From the IMG/VR virus record IMGVR_UViG_3300044733_004146: a stretch of DNA of 20,000 nt; one strand, given 5' to 3'. How positions within the stretch are numbered: position 1 is the stretch's first letter; every line of letters starts with the position of its first letter. The position numbers and the translations under genes are program-made. Source of the stretch: an uncultured virus (IMG/VR IMGVR_UViG_3300044733_004146). Taxonomy: Duplodnaviria; Heunggongvirae; Uroviricota; Caudoviricetes. The notes under the pieces are model-generated. The model worked only from the letters and a program-made list of their open reading frames with translations. It did not search any database and was not told where the DNA came from. Below are positions 9,054-16,070 of this stretch, in pieces.

Positions 9054-9389
9054 ATGACTGCTTCCTCTTTTTATCGACCATTGGCTAAGGAAGGCATTAG
9101 CGCCTTCAATGTCAGAGGCCAAATGATCATGAGCATGGGCGAGCCCTTGGTTCAGCGCCATTTCACTGTTAATGAACTGCAGGAATTTACCTGCACATTA
9201 GAAAAGGCTATTGAAGAAGAGCCTAATTTCACGCAACGTCTGGCATTGCAACGTATTCTCTGCTGCTTTGTCGTGAGCATTGACACGCTTAAGGAAAACC
9301 ACGAAGAATTCATACAATATGCTCCCACTGGCGCTGATCTTGAAGAATATCTGACCAGCTATTGCAAAGCAATCAAAGGCACCTTCTAA
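9054..9389 (+). CDS. hypothetical protein
   Basis: ORF track; AAACC-ATG start after the promoter. Confidence 0.75.
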   Translation: MTASSFYRPLAKEGISAFNVRGQMIMSMGEPLVQRHFTVNELQEFTCTLEKAIEEEPNFTQRLALQRILCCFVVSIDTLKENHEEFIQYAPTGADLEEYLTSYCKAIKGTF

Positions 9390-9568
9390 TGGCAAATATT
9401 AATCATTTGCATGATGTGGTGTTTGACTACATCGAAGATGGAAAAGCCCATCAGCTCTTGCCTGACTTTATGCAAGTAGTTAATGAGCTTTATGATTGCT
9501 ATCGAACCAAGGAGCAAGCATTAGCTCCCGTGGTCAGTCGTCTTTCTTCTCTTGCTTTTGAACCATGA
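9389..9568 (+). CDS. hypothetical protein (MANINHLHDVV...)
   Basis: TAATG overlap with the previous gene. Confidence 0.65.
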   Translation: MANINHLHDVVFDYIEDGKAHQLLPDFMQVVNELYDCYRTKEQALAPVVSRLSSLAFEP

Positions 9569-9918
9569 ACATTCCTGCATTTAAAAACGATGGTCATGAG
9601 GCTGAATATTGGCACATCTTTGACCATTACAAAAGCCGCTACCTTGACTGTCTTCAAGATGTGAAGGAGGCCATGTTTCCTGGCTATTCCTACACGCAGC
9701 TCAGCGGCCCTCTCGTTGATTGCATTCGCCATGTTGCCGATGAAATTATTTATGCAGCGACAGACGACTTTGAACGGGCTCATCCTGAATACAAGGGCGA
9801 CGACGCTGGCTTCTATGTAAGACCAGGCAGTCTTAAGGACAGCATGCAAGAAGCCCTAAAAGACTTTTGGCATGGAGACATCAATGACAATGGAGGCAAG
9901 AATAATGATAATTCCTGA
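9565..9918 (+). CDS. hypothetical acidic protein
   Basis: ORF track; AACC-ATG start. Confidence 0.75.
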   Translation: MNIPAFKNDGHEAEYWHIFDHYKSRYLDCLQDVKEAMFPGYSYTQLSGPLVDCIRHVADEIIYAATDDFERAHPEYKGDDAGFYVRPGSLKDSMQEALKDFWHGDINDNGGKNNDNS

Positions 9919-10072
9919 AGACTACGAAAACGATCCGCTGCTGGATTGGGACTATGAGCAACGGAAACAACGTCCGCTTACGTTGCAACAATTGGAAGAT
10001 CGTCTTGCTTTTTGGCGAGAGCGACAAAACACTCTTTACCTGGAGCTTTACCGTGCCGCCACTTCCATATAG
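9905..10072 (+). CDS. hypothetical protein (MIIPEDYEND...)
   Basis: In-frame ATG at 9905 within the track ORF. Confidence 0.6.
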   Translation: MIIPEDYENDPLLDWDYEQRKQRPLTLQQLEDRLAFWRERQNTLYLELYRAATSI

Positions 10073-10310
10073 TTATAAGCTGCAACGATTCAATGGCAAA
10101 AGTAAAACGTGGGAAGATATCAATATTGTTGATGGCATTCCAGACCTTCGCGAAACAATCGAAGCTTTAGAAGCCACTGTTGACATGCAGCGCATCAAAA
10201 TGCTGCATATGGCCAATGCCGTTGCCAATCAACTGCCGGACAGGGATAAATTCTTTGCTGACTTTTTAGGCCCTGACGAAAATTCTCCATCCGAGCCTCC
10301 CCTTCCATAG
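10053..10310 (+). CDS. hypothetical protein (GTG start inferred)
   Basis: 3' part of the track ORF 9954-10310; ends just before a terminator. Confidence 0.6.
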   Translation: MPPLPYSYKLQRFNGKSKTWEDINIVDGIPDLRETIEALEATVDMQRIKMLHMANAVANQLPDRDKFFADFLGPDENSPSEPPLP

Positions 10311-10463
10311 TCAATCCTCTAAAGCCCCATCAGGGGCTTTTTCTTTTGTCCATGAATGGTCGCCAGGGATGGGCTCAGTGCCATATTCCCAATCGTCATA
10401 TTCCTCCCCGTTCCTCAGCCATCGCGCTAAACGCTCACAATCTTGCTCAGGCGACAGTTTCAT
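10311..10463 (-). CDS. 50-aa hypothetical (MKLSPEQDCERLARWLRNGEEYDDWEYGTEPIPG...)
   Basis: 3' part of the track ORF 10311-10652; converges on the rightward operon. Confidence 0.55.
   Translation of the reverse strand: MKLSPEQDCERLARWLRNGEEYDDWEYGTEPIPGDHSWTKEKAPDGALED
10321..10348 (+). terminator. intrinsic terminator, possibly bidirectional
   Basis: AAAGCCCC-ATCA-GGGGCTTT followed by TTCTTTT. Confidence 0.75.
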
Positions 10464-10511
10464 GCCCCGGCCAGCAATGTATAGGCCGAGTCTAGCTGGC
10501 TTCGTATAGGC

Positions 10512-10739
10512 AAAAAGAAAGGAGGGCTTTCGCCCTCCTTTCCCTTTGTGTGGCCTCCGATACGACGGCTCCCATCGAGCCCTCCTCCAGAAGATCAGCA
10601 ATGGGGACAATGCGCCTCGCAGGGAACCATGATAGACCCTTGGCCGAACCATACAGTCTGGCCCGCATTGTCAGTCGCGCTTGTCCTTACGGCCCGCCTT
10701 GCGACGGGAGCAGCGATTAAGCCGCCTAAGCCGACCACT
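10512..10739 (-). ncRNA. candidate structured ncRNA (~228 nt)
   Basis: TATAGT -10 at 10745-10750 (minus), 5'/3' closing helix, GCAA and GUAA tetraloops, and a strong terminator GGAGGGC-GAAA-GCCCUCC-UUUCUUUUU. Confidence 0.65.
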
Positions 10740-10857
10740 TCCTTACTATACACCCCCATTGGCCGTTTGGTTCACAGGGAGCTTGACAAGCGTGTCACAA
10801 TAGTCAGAACGCCTGCAGCGATGCTTGCGTTCCTCGCTAGCCACTCTCTCTGTTTTG

Positions 10858-11208
10858 ATGCTACGTTTCATTTTCCCCCTTCTGCTGCTTGGCAGCGCTC
10901 CTGTCCAAGCGGCGGCTTTGTCGTGCGGACAAGCCAGTCACTATGGCATTGGCGATGGCTATCACGGCCAAACCACTGCCAGCGGCGCTCGCTTCAATGC
11001 CTACGGTCTCACTGCTGCCCACCCCTCGCTTCCTATGGGCACCAAAGTGCAAGTGAAGAATCGTGACAATGGCAAGACCGTAGTGGTGACAATTAATGAT
11101 CGCGGCCCATACTCTGGCGGACGCATCCTTGATTTGTCCTACGGAAGCTTCTCTCGCATTGCTTCCCCCGGCCAGGGCGTTGCCCGCATCTGCCTTTCTC
11201 GCCTTTAA
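10858..11208 (+). CDS. rlpA: RlpA-like double-psi beta-barrel lytic transglycosylase, secreted
   Basis: GQASHYG, G.TTASGARFN, LTAAHPSLPMGT, VTINDRGPY and ILDLS motifs; N-terminal signal peptide. Confidence 0.92.
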   Translation: MLRFIFPLLLLGSAPVQAAALSCGQASHYGIGDGYHGQTTASGARFNAYGLTAAHPSLPMGTKVQVKNRDNGKTVVVTINDRGPYSGGRILDLSYGSFSRIASPGQGVARICLSRL

Positions 11209-11211
11209 ACC

Positions 11212-11388
11212 ATGAAAGACTTCGCTTCGTTTTTTCTCACCACCATCGTCTTCTCGGCTGCTGCCATGGCAATCATGAAGGCGCCAGATCCGGCTGCTGA
11301 TCATCAGGGGCTGGCTAAGTGCCTGAAGCTTCACCCTGAGCGCTACTGCCGCATTGCTAACGGTTTTCCCGTGAGCATCAAGCCTTAG
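11212..11388 (+). CDS. 58-aa membrane/secreted protein (C..LHP..YC motif)
   Basis: Hand-translated; AAACC-ATG start; hydrophobic N-terminus. Confidence 0.7.
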   Translation: MKDFASFFLTTIVFSAAAMAIMKAPDPAADHQGLAKCLKLHPERYCRIANGFPVSIKP

Positions 11389-11403
11389 TCAAGCTTTCCT
11401 GAC

Positions 11404-11439
11404 AGCCCCCTTGACAGGGGGCTTTTCCTCCTTCATACT
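11404..11439 (+). promoter_or_regulatory. fused terminator/promoter with -35 in the hairpin loop
   Basis: AGCCCCC-TTGACA-GGGGGCT-TTT, with CATACT 17 nt after TTGACA. Confidence 0.75.
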
Positions 11440-11471
11440 TCCTCTGTTCACTGCTGGCGACAGCTCAAACC

Positions 11472-11738
11472 ATGACGCAAACTCCTTTTCTCACCAACAC
11501 GCAACGTGCCATTTCCCGCATGGTTACGGACACGGTTGGTTTTAAACTTACTTCCTACAACACTGCTGATCGTGCCATTGCACGCTCCGTTCTCCTGGAG
11601 CACATGGCTAAAGCCCCCGAGCAACTTTCTCCAAAGGAATTTGTAAAAGCAATGGAAGGAAAGAAGCATAAGCGCACGAAAGATTTTGTCCGCACGCTTG
11701 CTGATGCAATGAAAGACGAAATCTGGCGCACGTTGTAA
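11472..11738 (+). CDS. hypothetical basic protein
   Basis: ORF track; AAACC-ATG start. Confidence 0.75.
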   Translation: MTQTPFLTNTQRAISRMVTDTVGFKLTSYNTADRAIARSVLLEHMAKAPEQLSPKEFVKAMEGKKHKRTKDFVRTLADAMKDEIWRTL

Positions 11739-11743
11739 TTAAT

Positions 11744-11956
11744 GGGGCAGAGCGGAATTTGCATGTGGTTCCACATTGCGCTCCCTAAACATGCTGGCCA
11801 CTGCTTGGGCTAAGTGGTGGGGAAAAACAATTGATTGGCGTCAATTGATAATCTAGCCTCTGTTTTGTAACCAAGGGTGTCATCGAACAGTGCAGGGAGT
11901 TCCAGCGGCTTCATCCCGCGATTGACCCTGCATCAAGCGCATGCTCGTAAGTCCCC
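11744..11956 (+). ncRNA. candidate multi-branch structured RNA (~213 nt)
   Basis: Seven mutually compatible nested helices; no credible ORF. Confidence 0.55.
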
Positions 11957-12048
11957 AGCCTTTTGTTTCTTTTTGTTACAGAAGGGGCCATCAGGCCCCT
12001 TTTTTCGTACTATTAGCTCAAGCCGCGAGGCCCTCTCTCTTCTTAACC

Positions 12049-12327
12049 ATGGACAAAACCTCCTTCATCCGCCAGTTCATCTTCAACGCTGGCCCCTCCA
12101 TCGTTGGCGTGAGCTTTGTTAAGCAAGACGGCTCCGTCCGCACGCTTCGCTTCAACCCTCGCGACAGTAAGGAGATCAAAGGAACTGGCAAGCCCAGCAC
12201 CAAGCCCTCCATCATCCGCTGCCGCGATTTCTCCATCGCCCGCAACGAAGGTCAAGGCGCTTGGCGCAGCTTTGATTGCGAGCGCGTGACTAAGATCACG
12301 GCCAATGGCCAAACTGTAATCTTCTGA
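12049..12327 (+). CDS. WYL_2/Sm-like SH3-fold phage protein
   Basis: VSFVKQDGSVRTL...WRSFDCERV pattern; AACC-ATG start at 12049. Confidence 0.7.
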   Translation: MDKTSFIRQFIFNAGPSIVGVSFVKQDGSVRTLRFNPRDSKEIKGTGKPSTKPSIIRCRDFSIARNEGQGAWRSFDCERVTKITANGQTVIF

Positions 12328-12330
12328 ACC

Positions 12331-12385
12331 ATAAGCAGCGCTGATGGCCAAAAGGCTTGACGCTCTGCTCGCTTCCATCTAATTT
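12331..12385 (+). promoter_or_regulatory. LysR-type box + sigma70 promoter
   Basis: ATAAG-CAGCG-CTGAT, an 11-nt gap, then TTGACG-17nt-TAATTT. Confidence 0.75.
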
Positions 12386-12427
12386 CTTTTTCAAGCGGCA
12401 CCTCCGCCTCATCCTCTCTTCAAAACC

Positions 12428-13429
12428 ATGAGCCACCAATTCACCTCCGGCGCTTTCTTCCACGGCCAAGCCGCCTGGCACAAACTGGGCACTGTCCTCG
12501 ACGGCACCCTCCTCGCCCGTGAAGCTTTCAAAATGGCCAATGCTGATTGGCAAGTGAAAGCCTCGCCCATCTTCACCAGCGACATGCTGGAAATTCCCGG
12601 CCACAAGGCCATCACCCGCGCTGACAACGGCACCGTCCTCTCCATTCAGAAAGACTCCTACAGCATCGTTCAGAACGAACAGCTCATCCGCATTGCAGAG
12701 GCCCTGCACGAAGATGCCACGATGGATGCAGTGGTGGTGCTGGCAGAGGGTCGCCGCGTGGCATTCACTGCAAAGGTGAACAATGCGGAAGGTGAGGTGG
12801 TGAAGGGCGACACTGTTCACCAATATCTCGTTGGCTGCACCAGCCACGACGGCACCGTTGCCTTCCAAGTTATGTTCAGCCCCGTGCGCGTTGTTTGCCA
12901 GAACACGCTCTCGGCTGCCCTTGGTCGTGCTGCTGCTGGTAGCAAGGCGAAGAAATTTGCCATTCGCCACACCACCAACGCCAACACGCTTATCAGCAAG
13001 CTTCCTCAGCTCATCGACATGCAACGCCAGCAGTTCACCGGCGGCATGGAAGAACTGAAGGCCATGGCTAGCAAGCCCTGCACTGCTGCTCAGTTCCGGG
13101 CCTATTGCGAGGAAGTGTTTACTGATCAGCTTGCGGGCATGACCAACGACAAGCGTGGCGACACCACCACCGCCCGCCCCAAGAAGCTGGAAGATCTTGC
13201 TGCATGGGACAGCGTGGCCAACAAATTCGCTGGTGAAGGTATTGGCTTCAACATCCCTGGTGTGGAAGGGACCATGTGGGGCGCCTATCAGGCCATCACG
13301 GAGTATTTCACTCACGATGCAGGCCGCGCTAAGGATTCTACGGAAGCCGCTCGCCAGCGCTTGGAAAGCCTCTACTGGGGTAGTGCTGGCGCCACGATCA
13401 CCCGCGCTCATGCCTTGGCGCTGGCTTGA
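12428..13429 (+). CDS. DUF932 / LGT_TIGR03299 family phage-plasmid protein
   Basis: AWHKLG, ADWQV, YSIVQN, SHDG, PVRVVCQNTL, IRHT and GTMWGAYQAITEY motifs. Confidence 0.9.
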   Translation: MSHQFTSGAFFHGQAAWHKLGTVLDGTLLAREAFKMANADWQVKASPIFTSDMLEIPGHKAITRADNGTVLSIQKDSYSIVQNEQLIRIAEALHEDATMDAVVVLAEGRRVAFTAKVNNAEGEVVKGDTVHQYLVGCTSHDGTVAFQVMFSPVRVVCQNTLSAALGRAAAGSKAKKFAIRHTTNANTLISKLPQLIDMQRQQFTGGMEELKAMASKPCTAAQFRAYCEEVFTDQLAGMTNDKRGDTTTARPKKLEDLAAWDSVANKFAGEGIGFNIPGVEGTMWGAYQAITEYFTHDAGRAKDSTEAARQRLESLYWGSAGATITRAHALALA

Positions 13430-13484
13430 TAAGCCATGCTGATGGTCAGGGGGCTTTACAGCCCCCTTTGTCATGAACTAACTT
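13429..13484 (+). promoter_or_regulatory. LysR-type box + hairpin-embedded -35 promoter
   Basis: ATAAG-CCATG-CTGAT, an 11-nt gap, TTTACA in the loop of GGGGGC/GCCCCC, 18 nt, then TAACTT. Confidence 0.65.
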
Positions 13485-13525
13485 TAGTTTCGTTGAGGGG
13501 CGCGAGTCCCACTGCTCTCCAAGCC

Positions 13526-13900
13526 ATGACCGCCAAAGTCTTCACCGCCTCCTGCCAATGTCCCAATTGCGGCGGCACCGGCAAGCTTCCCCACTACAGC
13601 CACATTGCCAACGGCGACTGCTTCGCCTGCCAGGGCACTGGCACCCTCCAGCTCCGCGACTTCATCGGCTCCAATAAAGACGTTGTGCTGGATGTGGAAA
13701 TGTTTCGTGGCAAGTTCTACCAGGCTTCGCTCCGTTGCCGCACCTGGACTAACGATTCTTCCACTATCAATGGCGTGAAGCAGAACTATCACAACTGGGG
13801 CCGCGATCTGTGGTGCATCCGCATTGATGACGTGGATCAGGCTCGTGCCCTGTGGAAGAAAGCCAAGGCCATGGGCATCCAGGCCACCATCCTGGACTAA
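13526..13900 (+). CDS. DnaJ-like CxxCxGxG zinc-finger protein
   Basis: CPNCGGTG...CFACQGTG; GCC-ATG start at 13526. Confidence 0.8.
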   Translation: MTAKVFTASCQCPNCGGTGKLPHYSHIANGDCFACQGTGTLQLRDFIGSNKDVVLDVEMFRGKFYQASLRCRTWTNDSSTINGVKQNYHNWGRDLWCIRIDDVDQARALWKKAKAMGIQATILD

Positions 13901-13976
13901 TTGTTTCGTTTTATAAACAAGGGGGCGCAAGCCCCCGCTTTCCAGCTAATTTCTATTTCGTACACGCCCTCCTTCC

Positions 13977-14237
13977 ATGACCTCCATCAATATGAGCCAG
14001 CACAGTGGCCCCTCTGGCCGCTTCATCGTCAAAGAAATGCTCCATTTCCAAGACGGCACTGTGGCTGAGCATTGCACCAAAGAAACCACTGCCCTGCTCA
14101 CCAAATTCCACGACCTCCCGCCTGTCAATAACTTCGGCATCTGGGTGGTGCCTGCCTCTGCCTACTACCTCTCCTCCTGGCAAGACATCAACCCCTCCAT
14201 CCGTAACGTCACCTTCGCTTACCGTCGCATCTCCTGA
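13977..14237 (+). CDS. hypothetical protein
   Basis: ORF track; follows a promoter cassette. Confidence 0.7.
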   Translation: MTSINMSQHSGPSGRFIVKEMLHFQDGTVAEHCTKETTALLTKFHDLPPVNNFGIWVVPASAYYLSSWQDINPSIRNVTFAYRRIS

Positions 14238-14239
14238 TC

Positions 14240-14515
14240 ATGCCCGCCTCCATCGTCCCCCACATCCCCACCGTCCATCTCAACGGCACTGGAGCCACAA
14301 CGCTCCGCCTTGAATACGAGAAGCTTTACTACGCAGTGCAGGATGCCATCGACGCACTTAGCGAAGCCACGCTCAATGGCCGCGACTTTTACCCCCAAGG
14401 GCCTGATGCATACTATGAGGCCCGTGATCAACGCAATGAAGCCTTCTCCTGCCTCTATGCCGTTCGCGACTATGCAGGCCGCATCGTTGAAGGCATCGAC
14501 GCCCAAGGAGCATGA
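14240..14515 (+). CDS. hypothetical phage protein (PTVHLNGT...NGRDFYPQG motif)
   Basis: ORF track; fits the operon packing. Confidence 0.75.
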   Translation: MPASIVPHIPTVHLNGTGATTLRLEYEKLYYAVQDAIDALSEATLNGRDFYPQGPDAYYEARDQRNEAFSCLYAVRDYAGRIVEGIDAQGA

Positions 14516-14790
14516 CCATGCAAGCTCATGGCCTTTCCATCAACCAACGCAATCTGTTTTCTTATTTCCTGGCCCATAAGAAACGCCACAAGCACGCTCC
14601 CTGCTTTGTACCTAAGCTTCCCCTAGCAGGCTCCAATCTTCCCCTCTATCTCAATGCCCTAGAGGCTCTAGAAGTCAAGGGGCTCATCAGCGTGGATCGC
14701 TCAGCGCCGCATTACAGGGGCTGGATCATGAACCATGCCAAGGGCGTTTGTGAAGAAACGCAACAAGGCTTGACAGCCTCCTGGAAATGA
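14512..14790 (+). CDS. hypothetical protein, possibly winged-HTH-like
   Basis: LSINQRNLFSYF...LEALEVKGLI pattern; ATGA overlap. Confidence 0.6.
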   Translation: MTMQAHGLSINQRNLFSYFLAHKKRHKHAPCFVPKLPLAGSNLPLYLNALEALEVKGLISVDRSAPHYRGWIMNHAKGVCEETQQGLTASWK

Positions 14791-14798
14791 ACTAATTT
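14770..14798 (+). promoter_or_regulatory. sigma70 promoter
   Basis: TTGACA-17nt-TAATTT. The -10 region CTAATTTCTATTTCGTACA is identical to 13946-13964. Confidence 0.8.
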
Positions 14799-14840
14799 CT
14801 ATTTCGTACAGGGCCGCGAGGCCCGTCCTCCTTCGAAACC

Positions 14841-15143
14841 ATGACTGCTCCCGTTCTCTTCTTCACCCTCGACAGCTTCCGCCCCACTCAAGGCCAGTGG
14901 TGGCGCCACGACACTTCGCGCAACATCGAACGCCGCGTGAAGCTGGTTGCAGCTCACCTTGGCTTCTGGCTCTGGACTGCAGACTTCCGTGATGCCCACT
15001 CTGGCCGCATCATCACGCAGCGCTTCTTCTGCACCAAGACCAGCAGCGAAGAGCCCGTGGCTCTCTTTGAAAGCCCCGATGATCGCCAGCGTTGGATGGA
15101 AAAGCAATGGAAAGCACAGGAGGAGGCCAATGGAAACCGTTAA
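14841..15143 (+). CDS. hypothetical protein
   Basis: ORF track; AAACC-ATG start. Confidence 0.7.
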   Translation: MTAPVLFFTLDSFRPTQGQWWRHDTSRNIERRVKLVAAHLGFWLWTADFRDAHSGRIITQRFFCTKTSSEEPVALFESPDDRQRWMEKQWKAQEEANGNR

Positions 15144-15315
15144 CATCCTCGCAATCAGCAGCAAGGGCCGCAGCCGTATCGGCAAGGCCCTCACCACTGC
15201 CATTGTTGAGCAAAACCATCACGACAAGCTTTTCATTGTCATTCCTGGCATGAATCAATGTCGATGGATAAAGAAAGACAACGACCCTGATTTTCGCATT
15301 GTTTCTGAGGATTGA
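15130..15315 (+). CDS. hypothetical protein (METVNILAISSKGRSRIG...RWIKKDNDPDF)
   Basis: Internal ATG of the track ORF, preceded by GGAGG. Confidence 0.7.
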   Translation: METVNILAISSKGRSRIGKALTTAIVEQNHHDKLFIVIPGMNQCRWIKKDNDPDFRIVSED

Positions 15316-15317
15316 TT

Positions 15318-15623
15318 ATGCATTATGTTTGCAACTACAGCGAAAACGGCCCGTATTGGCCCGCCACACAGGGCCGCTACCAAGCGGCCCGCCTCAAAGA
15401 ACTAATTATGCACGTTCGCGTGTGTATGGAAGATGGGGACTATCAAATAGGCATCTTTGATGAAAACAATGAATGTAAGGGCATGTGGTTAGATGAAGCC
15501 GAACCAGAGCCCGATGGCGAAGGTGGAATGGTTCTGCAAAAGCCTTGCTATGTGCTATATCGGCCTGGCAGCATGAGTGCAGGCATGTGGAACCTTCATC
15601 TTTCTAAATTCAAGAAACGTTAA
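15318..15623 (+). CDS. hypothetical protein
   Basis: ORF track, with ATG at 15318. Confidence 0.7.
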   Translation: MHYVCNYSENGPYWPATQGRYQAARLKELIMHVRVCMEDGDYQIGIFDENNECKGMWLDEAEPEPDGEGGMVLQKPCYVLYRPGSMSAGMWNLHLSKFKKR

Positions 15624-15625
15624 TC

Positions 15626-15784
15626 ATGATTCTCATTGATTTCTTTAGCGAAGATTGCTGCAAAGGCACTGAATTAATCGAAGGGTGGTATTTCTATTCC
15701 GATAGCGATGATTCCATCATTGGGGGACCGTTTGAAAGTGAAGAGGCCGCCATTCAGGCGGCCTTTGATGGCCATGGTTGGTGA
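15626..15784 (+). CDS. 52-aa acidic protein (GWYF...GPFESEEAA motif)
   Basis: Hand-translated; starts 2 nt after the previous stop. Confidence 0.7.
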   Translation: MILIDFFSEDCCKGTELIEGWYFYSDSDDSIIGGPFESEEAAIQAAFDGHGW

Positions 15785-15870
15785 GACCCGGCTGAAAATG
15801 TATAAGACCCGGCTGGCATCGTATAAGACCCGGCTAGGTTCGTATCTAGGGTCCGGCTGGCTGCGTATCA
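15784..15870. repeat. 21-bp tandem repeats (AGACCCGGCT-N5-YGTATA), 3 good plus 1-2 degenerate copies
   Basis: AGACCCGGCT at 15784, 15805 and 15826; CGTAT at 15820, 15841 and 15864. Confidence 0.85.
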
Positions 15871-15902
15871 GGCTCCCTGCCCGATTTTCCCGCCGCCTTG
15901 TT

Positions 15903-15921
15903 GATAATGATTCTCATTTTC
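15903..15921. promoter_or_regulatory. Fur box-like site
   Basis: GATAATGATTCTCATTTTC is a 16/19 match to GATAATGATAATCATTATC. Confidence 0.65.
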
Positions 15922-15926
15922 ACCGG

Positions 15927-15944
15927 GTAGTACATTTGTACTAC
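15927..15944. promoter_or_regulatory. cyanobacterial LexA box-like palindrome
   Basis: GTAGTACATTTGTACTAC; the core AGTACATTTGTACT fits RGTACNNNDGTWCB. Confidence 0.65.
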
Positions 15945-15956
15945 TTTTGGCCATTG

Positions 15957-16070
15957 ATAAGCTGAGCTGATCATTCCGGGCCGATCCATCAGCATCCCTT
16001 ATCATATCAGGCATCCTGATCATTCCCCGGCCCTCCCATCAGCTCCGCTTATCTGATAAGCGCAGTTGAT
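15957..16070. promoter_or_regulatory. array of five LysR-type (T-N11-A) boxes ATMAG-N5-YTKAT
   Basis: Boxes at 15957, 15988, 16006, 16038 and 16056. Confidence 0.7.

Noticed and set aside
10548..11066. 172-aa plus-strand ORF and the 5' extension of 10311-10652
   Set aside because: They overlap rlpA or the structured RNA and its terminator, and have low-complexity Pro/Arg composition.
11744..11960. tmRNA or tRNA (starts GGGGC)
   Set aside because: No T-loop (GTTCRA), no CCA acceptor end and no tag ORF.
12296..13474. 392-aa minus-strand ORF
   Set aside because: Antisense shadow of DUF932, caused by codon bias.
15623..15641. Second Fur-like site sharing ATGATTCTCATT with the 15903 box
   Set aside because: Only about 12/19 match and it overlaps a start codon, so it may be coincidental.
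15784..16070. CRISPR mini-array
   Set aside because: The periods (21 and ~50 bp) leave no unique 30-40 nt spacers, and there is no cas operon. The Cas4-like nuclease sits in a recombination operon.
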